Shown: in pieces, positions 42,040-56,607 of the stretch | Position numbering within the stretch: the stretch's first letter is position 1 | Layout: every line of letters begins with the position of its first letter | Origin: Octopus sinensis | Taxonomy: Eukaryota | Assembly (NCBI RefSeq): GCF_006345805.1 | Contig: NW_021831866.1 | Location: 1 to 64,000, forward strand | DNA: 64,000 nt | Direction: 5' to 3' | The notes under the pieces: generated by a model | Databases searched by the model: none | The model's input: the letters and a program-made list of their open reading frames with translations, nothing else | Told to the model about the DNA's origin: nothing | Position numbers and translations under genes: made by a program

Positions 42040-42522
42040 TCATGTGTTGAAGCTTCGATGAAGCTATAGGGTGGATGATTTGGATACTGAACATGTATGG
42101 TTTCAACAGAATAGGGCCACAACCCACACAACATGATGTTCACTCAGAGTGTTGAGGGAAATGTTTCCTGGGCGTTTGATCTCTTTAAGGAAAGAGTTTG
42201 AGCGGCTGGCAAGGATACTAGATTTAAACCCTTGTAACTTTTTCCATTAGAGATACCTAAAGGAAAAGGTTTTCTGATATCGCCCTTGAACTCTTGAGGA
42301 TTTAAAGGGAAGGATCAGAAAGGAAATCGACACAATTCTACCTGAGATGCCGTGGTGAGTCATGAAGAACTTCTAGGAACGACTCCATCAATGCATTGTA
42401 AAATCCATTAAAACAAAAATATTTTAATGTACTTTTTAAAAATATAATCAGTTTTTCCTTGATAAATGCGTTCTTTTTTAATATCCATTCAAAATGTGGG
42501 AGATTTCTATGTCCCACCATAT
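42040..42522 (+). mobile_element. Decayed Tc1/mariner (DD37D/DD41D-like) transposase 3' remnant
   Basis: WFQQ, LREMFPGRLISLR, DLNPCNFF..YLKEKVF and TLEDLKGRIRKEI, with stops and frameshifts. Confidence 0.75.
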
Positions 42523-43114
42523 ACAATACAATTGTATATTCACAAATCACTGCAAATAAAGAAAGCTAGCTCATCAGATCATCAGAACATTATGGTTACA
42601 TCAATGTGGGTGATGTGCAATATATAGCCACCCCTCAGATAGTTGTTCTCAGACTACTAGACGTTCACTCATGTTCATGGAAAACTTTGAATTTCTGACT
42701 TGGTAGGAAGACTGTTCTAGTTAAAACCTACATGGCGAGAGCCTGTTCCCACTGATCCGAGCACATCTCGAAAAAATAGCCAAAGTCTCCAACAGCGGAA
42801 CATAGGGTATGAAGACCTAGGTTCTCAACAGCAGAAGTGGCAGAAGAGAGCAATGCCAAACGGACAGGTTATGAAGACGCAGCTCAAGAAATACTTGGGT
42901 CGGTGGCAGTTCGTTGCTGTTTCATAGCCAGATTCTGCATGTCATTTTCCACACTTGCTACTGAGAATGTCTTCGATTTGATAGTGCGTGGATCACTTCC
43001 TGTGAAGTCTGGATTCAACTCAACCAAAACTAAGCCATCGGCATTTCTTCACCGAAGAAAGAAATAGTAGGAAACGAGAAGGAGACGACGACAGATATAT
43101 ATATTTATATATGT

Positions 43115-43156
<42 letters not shown>

Positions 43157-43471
43157 AAAAGTATGGGGGTTTACATGACTTGAGTTGTTTGTCTTGCCTT
43201 AGCGTTTGTCATCCTCTTTAACACACACACACACACATATATGCATAGTGAATTCAGACATGTTCCTTTTTTCCTCCTTTTTTCCCCTCTTTCCATCGGG
43301 TTTTTTCTTATTTATTTCCGCAGAAAAGCTTAGGCTCGAAACGTCAAAAACTAAGGCTACCATTGGTTTCACGTTAAGAAAAGTAAGAAAATATCCTAGT
43401 CTCTTAACAATTTTTCATGCTGGTCACATGGAGAAAGGTGCTCGCCTCCATTTTGGAAAACATAGTCTCCT

Positions 43472-43512
<41 letters not shown>

Positions 43513-43875
43513 TCTAGTCTTTTTTTTACTTGTTTCCGTCATTTGACTGCGGCCATGCTAACACCCTGAAAGGATGTTAGCCAAATAAATCAACCCCAGG
43601 ACTTATTATTATTTGTAAGCCTAGTACTTATTCTGTCGATCTCTTTTGCCGAGTGCTAGTAACGGGGACGCAGATACACCAGCATCGGTTGTCAAGCGAT
43701 GGTGGGGTGCGGGTGGAAGCACACACACACACGCACACACACACACACACACAAATATATACATTATATAAATAGTTAGAATTTACAAAAAAAAAACAAC
43801 AAAAAAACAAAAGACGAAGACGGTGTGAAAACGGCAAACAGATGTATTAGTTTAACGCTCGGGAAGTGAGAAAGT

Positions 43876-43911
43876 CTTTTATGTTTCGAGCCTACGCTCT
43901 TCGTCAGAAAG
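43876..43911 (-). ncRNA. Minimal type I hammerhead ribozyme motif
   Basis: cttt-CUGACGA-a-gagc-gtag-gctc-GAAACAUA-aaag, within PLE-like repeat 43773-43960; decayed plus-strand relative with GAAACGUC at 43315-43349. Confidence 0.75.
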
Positions 43912-44529
43912 GAACAGAGAAACAAGCAGGGAGAGAGAGAAGAAAAAAAAATTTAGTGGCTAAGAAGAAACGACAACAGGAAAATCAGAAAGAAAAAAAA
44001 AAAAACAAAAGTTCAGAAAAGTTCAAAAGAGTCAAACGTCGTGGTGTATTGGAGCGATTTCTCATCAACGGAAGAGCCAAGTGTAATCCATGTGAAAACC
44101 AGGCGGGACGGGCTTCTTTGAGTTTCTGTCTACCAAATCCAGTCGGCCCGAGGTTATAGAAGAAGAGACTTGCCCAAGGTGCTACGCAGTGGGACTGAAC
44201 CCGGAACCATGTGGTTGGTAAGCAAGCTACTTACCACACAACCACTCGTATAATATATATTTCCATATAAACCTGTTGTGCGTGATTTTGATGGGTTTGT
44301 GTATGAGTTCGTTGATAGACGTACGAGCAATGGAGGAAAACCAGTAAAATAAAAATCAGACACACACACACACCAGAGAATCAAGAGATGTGTGATGGTT
44401 GAAATAGTCAGCAGCAATAATAACAATACGAACAAAAAACATCAGTAACAATAGTCATAACAATAAAAGCGACATGGAAGTCAAAACCAGTAAAGTGTAT
44501 ATTGTATATACGCTTAAAAAGGGTTTGAT

Positions 44530-44570
<41 letters not shown>

Positions 44571-44721
44571 GTTTAAATAATGACTGATTAAACACAACAA
44601 CGGCAGTTTAACGAGTGACAATGGGACAGATGTGTGGAACAATGAAAGGTTATTAAGTAGAGACAGACAGACAGATAGATAGACAGAAAGAAAGGGAGGA
44701 GGACTAAAGAGTGAGTGACAG

Positions 44722-44759
<38 letters not shown>

Positions 44760-44917
44760 AGGGAGAGAGAGCGCGTGGGGGTTTACGTTCGTCTCATGGT
44801 TTCACTCATAGGTTTGACTTCTCCCAAAGATGTCTTTCACAATCTAGCTCTCTGTTGGCCTGAGTGTCTGTCTGTCCGGTTGTCTATCGGTATGTTAGAC
44901 GTGGGCATTGTGTGCTT

Positions 44918-44964
<47 letters not shown>

Positions 44965-46793
44965 TAGATGGTTCTGATCCTCAATTACTCCTGGTTTCTG
45001 CTTTCTCTTTCTCTCTCTCGCTCTCTCTCTCTCTCTCCCCCTCTCTCTCTCCCGCATATACGTATACATATGTGTATAGATGTATGTGTACGTATACAGA
45101 AAATAAGTATAGTCTATGGAAAGAAATATGTACACACGTCTGTGTATACGAGTTATTTCAGTACATGCTTGCGCAAGTATATGTGTATAAACGAGTGTGT
45201 GTGTGTGTGTGTACACATGAGGAACATTTTAACCATCCGAGTATTTAAATTATATATAATTAAAGTATGGTTATGGTAGGGTGAGGAGAGAAACAATCTT
45301 AGATGACTCAGAGGGGGATAAGGGGGAGGAAATGAGGGAGAGAGAATGTGAGAGAGGGAGAGTGAGGCTGAGAGTTAGAAAGAGAGACAGATAGAGGTAA
45401 AGAAAAGGAAGAAAAAGAAGCTAAATAATGGCATACCACGTCGACATTTTCACACACATGTACTGGTACACAAAGTGATCACACACACACGCACATATTC
45501 ATGAACACGCTTACGTACATACATACATAAATACATACACACATACTCACACAGAGGTAACATATGAATTAATGATAGATCACGTGATAAGATCGAAAAA
45601 AGGAAAAGAGAAAAAGGGAAAGAGATGAAGAGGAAAAGCAGAATACGTAATTAAAGAAAATTCAACGGTGTGTATGTGTGTGTGTGTGTGTGTGTGTACA
45701 TATGTATGCGTGTGTCTGCGTTTGTTGACACCGCTTGTAGGTTCGGCCACGTCCCCATATCAGCGGTTCGACAAAAGTGACCGATAAAATCAGTACAGGA
45801 CTTAAAAATACTAGATGGTGGTGACGGGGCGTGGGGGTCAATTTATTCGACTAAAACATACCTCCAAGGCGATGCACCAACATGGTCGCAGTCCAATAAC
45901 CGAAACAAGAAAAATATTAAGATGTCTTACAGATCAGGCAAGAAATTGATTGTTCAGGTAGCTATTAAGAAATAATGTTTAAGAATGTATGGCTCTGTGG
46001 TTCGTTTCCCAGTCAAGGAACCAATAGCACAACGCTCAAACGATTCTACGAATTTACTACGTGATATATTGCAAATCATATATATATATATACATACAAA
46101 ATGAGACAAGAACGCAAAACATCCAGACAGTTAGGTGATACAAAAAAAGAGAAAACAAAACATTCAGATAGACGATACAAAGAAAACAAGGACGGGTCAT
46201 TCGGAGTTTTCTTTCCTCAGTCGAGTTTCAGATTATCTTTGCAATTTCGGCTGGTTATACTCGAGATTGCTCTAGTCTGGCTAGCCTCAAGGAAAAATTA
46301 AGCTAAGAGTATTAGATCCCTTGGAAGAGAGTAGCGACTGTATACGAAAACAAGGACGGATAGAAAACGGAGAATGTTACACAAATACAAACAACAGGAC
46401 ATAATAACAGGTGTGCTTCGACTAAGGACGAATTAAATTACGCTGACGTGTGTAGAAGTAAAAGCTATAGTAGAAGACACCTGCCCAATGTGCCACGCAG
46501 TGGGAGTGAACCCAGGATCATGTGGTTGGTAAGCAAGCTACTTACCACACAGCCTCTCCTGGATTATATATATATATATATATATATATATAAGTTAATC
46601 CAAACATGAAAACACAAAGAGAAAACACAACAACGCGAGAACGTGGAACAAATATAGTATTATTGGACGCTCAGGAAGGAAGGGAAGAAGGAGGGTTTTA
46701 CGTTTCGAGCGGAAACATAGGAAAAGGAAAGATCCAGAGAAAGGAAGACGGAGGAAAAAAAATCACACGCGGTCACATTTATATATATATATA

Positions 46794-47073
46794 TGTAAAT
46801 ATAATATGTGACAATTATTCGGTAGCCAAGATAAAACTCCGAGTTTCGGATGCCGAGGTGGAAATTCACGCCACCATCTCTTCAGTTATCCCTGAAGAGA
46901 TGGTGGCGTGAATTTCCACCTCGGCATCCGAACTCGGAGTTTTAATCTGAAGAGATGGTGGCGTGAATTTCCACCTCGGCATCCGAAACTCGGAGTTTTA
47001 TCTTGGCTACCGAATAATTGTCACATATTATATTTACAGATAAATTCCTCTATTTACATAATATCGAGGTCTC
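46794..47073. mobile_element. PLE-like fold-back element with three hammerhead copies
   Basis: Left arm 46794-46885 is inverted relative to 46947-47038; an extra tandem HHR unit lies at 46892-46945; tail 47039-47073. Confidence 0.85.
46830..46890 (-). ncRNA. Type I hammerhead ribozyme motif
   Basis: gataa-CUGAAGA-gatg-gtgg-cgtgaattt-ccac-ctcgg-catc-c-GAAACUCGGAGUU-ttatc; perfect stem I and a bipartite stem II. Confidence 0.78.
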
Positions 47074-47449
47074 TTTCTTTCTTTCTTTCTTTCTTTCTTT
47101 TTGTTATATATGTATGTGTGTGTATATGTTTGTGTGTGTGTGTTTGTCTCCACAATATCGCTTGACAACCGATGGTGGTGTGTTTACATCCCCTGTAACT
47201 TAGTCCGCCCCATCAACCTATATACCTACCTACCTACACCACACACACACACACACATATATATATAGGTAGGTAGGTATAGGTATGGTGATGCAATCAG
47301 GAAAAATATGACTATATGTATATTTTTACTGATATTTGACGGGTGCAACGGTTTCGAACTAAATTGCCAACGCACGAAACTCTCGGACCGTAAGTCACTC
47401 TGTGGCTCCTGCTAAAATATTAATGTGTGTGTGTGTGTGTGTGTTAAAG

Positions 47450-47500
<51 letters not shown>

Positions 47501-48556
47501 AGAGAGAAAGCATGGGGGAGTAGAGAGATACATAGATGAATATATAGAAATATAGATAGACAGAAAGATAAAGTGATAAAGAAATAGAGATAGAGAATAA
47601 TACATACACACATATATACAGAGAGAGAGAGAGAGAGAGAGAGAAGAGAGAGAGGGGGGAGAGAGAGAGAAATGGTGAGATAGATAGAAAATTCGATAAG
47701 CACATAAATAGGTAGATGATTGCAAAATAGCTTAATTGATAAAAAGATTAGATAGGTATAAACATAGGTAGATAAATAGCCAGCCAGCCAGTAGGCCAGC
47801 CAGCAGGCCAACCAGACAGACGGATGAATAGATAGATAGACAGGTATAGTTAGGTAGACAGACATAGGATAGAAAGACAGATATAGGATCAATAGACAGC
47901 TACGTTGGTAGACAGGGAAAAGAGTAGAAAGTAAACTAATAATAATAAATAAATAAATAATAAAAGTGGGAATAGATAGAAAGAGAAAGGAGTGGGAGGA
48001 GGAGAAGTGCAAATAAGATTGACACTTCCGGATATGATTAACAAAATAACGACCGCCATTGCCTCCTAAGAGTGACTTTATATTTGACGTTAAAGTACAG
48101 TGACTGGGAATTTGGCGACACACGGACAAACTGTATTGGTGGTTGATGTTGTTGTTGTTTAACCCCAGGTCTACTCTGATTGAGCAGAGCTATGATAGAT
48201 TCTAGATATTCCAGCAATGACCATCCTGTCTTTTTAAGAATATGTAAGATTAAACAATCGAATGTCTTACATTTCATTAAGGGTGTCTTTTAAAGGAGTT
48301 TTGGTTGCTATTTTTAGCTTATCAAGTGACCGCTTAACGGCCTTGCTTTTGTGTTTTTGTTGTTGTGTAGTCCCAGGTCTGCACTTATGATAGATCAGAG
48401 ACATCCCAGTCATGACCATCCTGTCTTTTTAAGAGCATCTAAGATTGTCTTGCTTTTTATTTCGCTGGTCCTTGGGCAAGTGTCTCCTACAATAACCTCA
48501 GGCCGACCAAAGCCTTGTGAGTGGATTTGGTAGATGGAAACTGAAAGAGGCCCGTC

Positions 48557-48593
<37 letters not shown>

Positions 48594-49109
48594 GTCCGTG
48601 TTTGTACCTCCATGTTAGTGTTTATATCCTCGTAACTTAGCGTTTCGGCAAAAAAACCGATAGAATAAGTGCTTGGCGTACAAAGAATAAGTCCTGGGGT
48701 CGATTCGTTCGACTAAATTCGGTGCCGAAGCATGGTCGCAGTCAAATGGCTGAAACAAGTAAAATCATATATTTTGTGTGTGTGTGTGTTATGCTTGTCC
48801 TCCAACAATGCTTGAAACCGTAGTTGACTTGTTAACGTCTGCGTAACTTAACGGTTCGACAAATAAGATGCGATACAATAAGGATAGTTTTTAAAATAAG
48901 TACTGGGACACATTTGTTCGACTAAATTAGTGTTTCTCAACCATTTTTGCCCATGGACCCTTGGTGGATTACCAGAGATGGTTAGAGCATCGGAAATAGC
49001 GCACTAGCGTATTTACTCTTTTGCTTGTTTCAGTCATTTGATTGCTGGAGCACAGCCTTTAGTCGAAGAAATCGACACCAGGACTTATTCTTTGTAAGCC
49101 TAGTACTTA

Positions 49110-50550
49110 TTCCACCGAGGTCAACTTTTTCGAGCATCCTTTTGGAGGTCGATAAATAAAGTACCAGCGGAAATCTTGGCTCGATTTAATCGGTTCTTCC
49201 TCCTCTAAATTTTAGGATTTGTACCTAAATTTAAAAAAAAACTTTCTAAATTCGGCACAATGCCAGCAATTTTAGGGAAGTGGGTTAGTTCAATTACATG
49301 GACCCCATGCTCAATTGGTGCTTATTTTACCGACTTCGAAAGGATGAAAGGTAAAGTCAACCTCGGCGGAATTTGAATTCAGAACATAAAGACGGAATAA
49401 ATGGCGCTAAGCATTTCGTCCGGTGTGTTAACGATTCTGCCAGCTGGCCGCCTTTAATAATAAGAATAATAATGATAATAATAATCCTTTCTACTATAGG
49501 CACAAGTCCCGGATTTTCTGATGAGAGGGACAGTCGATTACATCGACCCCACTGTTCAACTGGTTCCTATTTTATCAACCTGAAAGGATGACAGGCAAAG
49601 TCACCCCGGCGGAATTTGAACACACAATGTAAGGACAGACGAAATGCCGCGAAGCATTTTTTCCCGGTGTATTAACGAGTCTGCCAGCTCGCCGATTTGA
49701 TAATAATAACGATAATAAGAATCATTTCTACTGGAAGCATAAGGCCTCATATTTGGGGGAAGGGATTAAGTCGACTGCATCGACCCCAGTGCATAACTGG
49801 TACTTATTTAATCGACCTCGAAAGTATGAAAGGCAAAGTCGACCTCGGTGGAATTTGAACTCAGAACATAAAGACGGACGAAATACCTATTTCTTTACTA
49901 CCTACAAGGGGCTAAACACAGAGGAGACAAACAAGGACAGACAGACGGATTAAGTCGATTATATCGACCCCAGTGAGTAACTGGTACTTAATTTATCGAC
50001 CCCGAAAAAATGAAAGGCAAAGTCGACCTCGGCGGAATTTGAACTCAGAACGTAACGGAAGACGAAATACGGCTACGCAATTCGCCCGGCGTGCTAATGG
50101 TTCTGCCAGCTCGCCGCCTTGGTAGTAGTAGTAGTAGTAATAATAATAATAATACGTGGAACAAATTGAGGCTGCAATAAGGGTAGATCACTTGCAGAAA
50201 ACAGTACTGCTTGGAACCGCCCGAATACTCTGGAAGGTGCTCGAAAAATAAGGTGTTACCTGAGTTCACTGGTAGTGAACAGCTGATACTGTAGTACCTC
50301 ACAGCGTTAGAAGCTGTGCAAAGATGATGATGATGATGATAATGATAATAATAATAATAATAATAATATCAATGGAAGCACAAAGCCTCAGATTTGGGGG
50401 AAAGGATTAAGTCGATTACATTGACTCCAGGGCATAACTGGTACTTATTTAATCGACCCCGAAAGTATGAAAGGTAAAGTTGACCTCGGCGGAATTTGAA
50501 CTCAGAACGTAAAGACGTAAAGCGAAATGCTGCTAAGCATTTTGCCCCGC
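49110..50550 (-). mobile_element. Array of about five to six minus-strand family B SINEs in (AAT)n
   Basis: Repeated gaaaggcaaagtcgacctcggcggaatttgaactcagaac..ctgccagctcgccgcc separated by AAT tracts. Confidence 0.85.
50153..50368 (+). mobile_element. 3' end of an R4/Dong-like (restriction-like endonuclease) non-LTR retrotransposon
   Basis: 50153-50251 encodes YVEQIEAAIRVDHLQKTVLLGTARILWKVLEK*, followed by a short 3' UTR and (GAT)n(AAT)n; inserted in (TAA)n. Confidence 0.75.
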
Positions 50551-51889
50551 ATACTAACAACAACAACAATAAAGATAATAATAATAGGGCAGCGAATTGG
50601 CTGAATCGGAATTGGCTGAATCACCGTTCTGCGAATGCCTGCAAAGGTCCATGGACACTCTCCTTTCTTCCAGTCTCAAGAAGAGGAGACAAAATAACGA
50701 AGGAAATGATTTAAAAATCATTGACCTAAAAATTAGACGGGAACATCGAGGTCACGGAATTGACCAAAATCAAACAGAAAAAGATTAAACTGTTAAGGTA
50801 AGAAACTCCAAAATGAAGTAGAAAAGTAGAAAAGAGAACTAGTTAACAAAGAGATCGATATTAAAGACGATATTCAATGTAGAAAATAATATTATAGTCC
50901 TTGCTATAGTAAACTACAACTTCATCGTAAACTGGAAAATGTGTGAATTTAGAGAGCAAAATAAACAGGAAGTTACTTAGAGAGTTCTGAAGCCACCATT
51001 CTAAATTTGATATTGATATGATATACTTGCCGCACGGAGAAGATTGAAGTGTGGTTGATACGAATAGAAAACTAATAAAAACTTACAGCGGACTACAAAA
51101 ACACAGAGATAAGCAGCAATCAAATTGAACCTGATTAGTACAAGAAAACATGAGAAGTTTCTCAGTATACGACATAATAATTATGGGCAAATTGTTGTTT
51201 AGCAGATGTTAGAGTTATAGAGTGCGATAGAGAGAGGACGTTTGAACCGATCTTCAGCGTCAGCCTAAATATTGTCGGTATTTTTCTACTGACTCAGAGC
51301 GTAAAGATTTTATTGTATCTGGGGACATATTTTATTGCGACTTCCAGCTGATATTAGGATCATATGGCTTTTAATTGAAATGCAGGAAATTTTCTCTAAC
51401 GAGTCAATCAGATATCGCAAATAGCAATACATTTGTTGTATCAGTACTGAAAAATGTGTATCAGGATAATAATCTTGTTGGAAGACCGGAGCGCCGGAAT
51501 GGCAGCCATATTTTTTGTAAGTCTCGCGTAATAAATATTCCTTGCTCGTTTCAGCTTTGTTCACAAGAACTCTGTACGTTACATTTTCGCCAATGTTTGA
51601 GTATTTATGGCCCTCATTGAGTCGATGATAAAGAAAGAAGATAGAGAGACCATTCACGTTATTCCTATTCCCACGATCAACTATCAAATATGAACATTTC
51701 CTGTGGCCAAAGCCATATCAGCAGACGACTACCTTATCATTTAGATATTTTCAGGACTAGGCTTCCTTTATGTCTTGACTTATGCAAGGACTAACTTATG
51801 TATGTGTCGATGCATAGATTTACGTATATAAATTTTTACGCTTGTCTATAACTTATTTACGTATGTATGTATAAATAATTATATTTACG

Positions 51890-51929
<40 letters not shown>

Positions 51930-51941
51930 AATTATATTTAC

Positions 51942-51976
<35 letters not shown>

Positions 51977-52722
51977 CATATATGCACACATACACATATA
52001 TTTACATATATTTACGTATTTTACGTATATATCCGTAAATATACATATGTATATATATTTTAACACACACACACATATACGCACACACGTATCTACGTAT
52101 GTATATATATTTAGGTATCCTCTTAATATTCAGTATTTTTTCTGCTCTATGTAAATATGTGTGTGTGGGTGCGCGCGTACGCACATGAATATACACACAC
52201 ACATTTATATTTATGTATGTGTTTATCTGTGTATATATGTAGTTATACGTTTCAATATGTATGCATCTCTTTCTTTCTCAGCATGTATATATATGTGTGT
52301 GTGTGTGTGTTTTGTGCGAATCCTAATTGTGCTTATCTGTATCATTATCTCTATATTTATGTATGTATTCCCGTATGTACACATACAGTTATGCATGTAT
52401 TTACGTATATAACATTCTCGAGCGGAGGCATCAATTTTAGTCAAACGTCTTGCCGTGTCGTCTGCTGTTTCAGAAGATTGCCATAGCTCTCGTTCGATAA
52501 ATTTATTGACTGTCCTTCCTTTTTATTATTCACCAGAATCATATCAGCCTCTTTCTTTATCTATCACCTCGGTCCAAAGTATTTCACATGAATAAAACTT
52601 TGCTTAAACAAGAACTTCTGCAGCCGATACCTAATGATATCTCAAGTATAATGCTGTAAACACGTCACGTCTCAAAATCACCCAATATGTGTACATTCTT
52701 AGATTTAAGGGCCCACATTTAA

Positions 52723-52972
52723 CCGTTTTGTTACTGTATTTCTGTTGAAATCTGGCTATCTTTGTTCTTTTGAGATATGGCTAACCACTGTTTTAAATGA
52801 TTTTGAAAATAATTAAGAGTTTAGTAAAACGACTTTGTCCTTATTAACCTGGTCTTCTGAATATACATTAACGTAGAATTTTTATGCAAAGTTTTAATTT
52901 AGAACATTTAAAGACAAGGAGTGTGTGTGACATAGAAGCAGGCTTGTCTCAGGCGGATTGCTGTCAAAAGTG
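52723..52972. mobile_element. TTAA-flanked piggyBac-like MITE (decayed)
   Basis: TTAA-ccgttttgttac ... gtcaaaagtg-TTAA. Confidence 0.5.
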
Positions 52973-53200
52973 TTAAGATGCGTTAGTCAAGGTTCGGGAA
53001 AATACTAGCTGTTATCCCTCTTGTCGCAGATCGCTTTTCTTAGTTTCCTAATCGCTGTGGAATCTAATGAGACTCGCTTTTCATGCCTTCTAATCTATTT
53101 GGGACTATATCGCCTAGAAACAAATTCAGTGACATGTTCAACCCCAGGACCATCCGAGAGACTAACTGCTCTGCTACATAAAGGTAAAAACACTACTTAA

Positions 53201-53556
53201 CTCTTTAGCATTTAATCCGGCCATATCAGGCCAAAATATTCAACGGCCCAGATCTGGCCTCTCACACCTACCCTACAATGTCATTGGAACTTGGAAGCTA
53301 ACATATAATGCATGATTAATTCAAAAAAATTTGAATAAATAAGCGTTACATTTGGCGGAGCAAGCTGGATGCTAAACAGTGAAACAGGTCAAATCTGGCA
53401 CAGATATTCTGCCTGTTTTATGCTCCAATTGGCCAGGTCCGACCTCTCACACTTACCCTACAAGGTAATTCTAAAAATTATCGCATCAAAATCTCAAAGT
53501 TACAAAATAATGCATGTTTAATTCAAAACCGAAGGAATAAGCTGAATGCTAAAGGG
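53201..53556. mobile_element. TTAA-flanked piggyBac-like MITE with an internal duplication
   Basis: TTAA-ctctttagcatt ... aatgctaaaggg-TTAA; internal repeat cctctcacac(c/t)taccctacaa..taatgcatg. Confidence 0.75.
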
Positions 53557-53623
53557 TTAATTCCATGAACCTCTAAATTCACATGCCTCTTTTGCTTGGC
53601 GGATATTTTTAGTTTCCGTAGAT

Positions 53624-54051
53624 ACGCAGGAGTGGCTGTGTGGTAAGTAGCTTGCTTACCAACCATATGGTTCCGGGTTCAGTCCCACTGCGTGGCACCT
53701 TGGGCAAGTGTCTTCTACTAGAGCCTCGGGCCGACCAAAGCCTTGTGAGTGGATTTAGTAGACGGAAACTGAAAGAAGCCCATCGTATATATGTATAATA
53801 TGTTTGTGTGTATGTGTGTGTATGTGTGTGTGTGTATGTATGTGTTTGTATGTCTGTTTGTCCCCCCAACATCGCTTGACAACCGATGCTGGTGTGTTTA
53901 CGTCCCCGTAACTTAGCGGTTCGGCAAAAGAGACCGATAGAATAAGTACTGGGCTTACAAAGAATGAGTCCTGGGGTAGATTTGCTCGACTAAATAGGTG
54001 GTGCTCCAGCATGGCCGCAGTTAAAATGACAAACAAGTAAAAGAATAAAAG
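53624..54051 (+). mobile_element. Family A CORE-like tRNA SINE, full-length young copy
   Basis: A-box tggctgtgtggtaag, B-box ggttcagtcc, CORE-like ccttgggcaagtgtctt, internal (TG)n, tail ggtgctccagcatggccgcag..aagtaaaagaataaaag. Confidence 0.9.
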
Positions 54052-54582
54052 TATACGCCTCTAACGAAAATAATCCTACTCATTGAGGCGCCAAACAAAA
54101 CGCCAAAACGGTCGAGTGATTCACGGTTCACAGTTGGTGAACTGAGCAATTGGATTCCTATTTGTGTAAGTCTTTTGGTAGATGTTCACCACGATAGACT
54201 AAACCAGTCATGGTAAACTGCGGCCCGCGAGATTTCTGAATGGCACGCCTGCCTTGAATTTTTTTTATAGTGATATGGTCCGCCAGGTGGTAAGCTATGT
54301 CTCATATGTAAGCTATGTTTCTCAAAAAGATGGTTGCCGAAATCGGGACTAAAACCGTCCAAAGCGGTATTTACAGAAAACCCAGCCAACCCAAAATTAA
54401 AACCTACAGAAGAATAAAATATATGTATGCGGGTGTGCGTGTTTGTGAACATATGCGTGTGAGTGTGTGTGTATTGTATGCTTTGTCCTTATGTTATCTT
54501 TCCACCCACCTGTTGGTCTGTTTGTCAAGGCCTCTATCTGAATAAACGTCTGGCCTTTACGAGTCGCACGTCGCTGTCAAAG

Positions 54583-54619
<37 letters not shown>

Positions 54620-54658
54620 GTGGTCTTTCTATGATTATACATGGATGAGGTATATATA

Positions 54659-54706
<48 letters not shown>

Positions 54707-54846
54707 AAGTGTGTTGAATAACATAGTAGTATGTGGATTGTAATGTATCTTGGTGCTGGTGATTTATCTCATGTCTGAATAACGTGTGTTTGTATGCGTG
54801 TGTAAAGTTACGTGTGTATAAATATACATACAAATATACGTATGTA

Positions 54847-54895
<49 letters not shown>

Positions 54896-54957
54896 ATATA
54901 CATACACACACGCGTACAAACATGTTTTACACATATATAGGTTTACATACGCACACA

Positions 54958-54997
<40 letters not shown>

Positions 54998-55088
54998 CAT
55001 AATATACAACACACACGCGCGCGCGTACAAACATGTTTTACACATATATAGGTTTGCGTACGCACACACGTAACTGTATATATAATAG

Positions 55089-55142
<54 letters not shown>

Positions 55143-55230
55143 AATAATATACAAATACATATATATATATATATATATGCAATAAATATACAAATAAATA
55201 TATATATATATATTCTTATATATATATATA

Positions 55231-55263
<33 letters not shown>

Positions 55264-56607
55264 AATATATATGTACAACTGTATGTGTGTATGTGTATGT
55301 TGTGTATACGTGTATAGATTTATACGGTGTATGCTTGTATATCAACAATCAGTCAGGAAATCTAGCTGACATAGAACATGTCTACCCAGCAACATCCACC
55401 CCACCCACCCCGCAAAATACAACAGCAAAAATAAAATGAAAAAAAAAATGAAAGAAAGAAAACTGAGAAAAAACAGCACAAAGCAGAGTGTTATGTCAAT
55501 ATTGAACGCTGTTTAGAAAATCGAGTTATGACACCGACATATATATACACATAGATATACATACATTCCCATACACAAAATATGTATACATTTACACACA
55601 CACACACACAGTCTTCCATATATATGTGCGTTTGTGTGTATATGGTCGTGCATGTGATCATGTATGCGTGTATATATATATATATATATATATATAGCAT
55701 ATACACCCGATATATGAATTATATACATACACATACACACATATAATTCATGTATAAAGTGTATATGCTCTCTCTCCCCACCATATATATATATATGCAT
55801 AAATATATATATATGCATATATATATATATAATATATAATATATATATATGCTATATATATATGCATATATATATATATATATATGCATATATATATAAA
55901 TGCATATATATATATGCATATATATATATACATACATACATACATATATATAATTCAAGTATAAAGAGTATATGCTCTTTCTCCCTCATATATATATACA
56001 CACACACGTATTTTTGTTTTATATAAAGTATTTATACTGATTTATATATGTGTATATATATATTAATATATATTGTATATGTGTGTGTGATGTTTGACTA
56101 ATTTTTTAAGTACACGTGAAATTAATTGTTATCAATGGACGTTGATAGTTACTTATATAATATACACACAAGCATATATACACCTTCACGATCAACATGT
56201 ATATATATATGTACACACACATAACTGAGAATGCTTTCTACGCTTGAAACCAGACGTGGTTGCTTACATGACACACACACACACACACACACGATTGCTT
56301 GTCATATATGTTTGTGTATAGAGAAACATATACACTCTCTCACACATACATATATATGTATATATTTACATTTATAACTATCTTGATCACTTTTCAACAG
56401 ACATATGTATAAACAAGCCTTTGTATGTTGCATGTATATCAACGTTTGTCTGTGGTGTATGTATCATGTATATATCGTGCGTATACACACGTGCGTATAT
56501 ATATACACGCACGACAACATAGACACACGTCTGAAAACCTATAACCATATACATACATAAAATTTAAGCAATGCACAGAACTCATACATACAAAAGCACT
56601 ATGTTCA

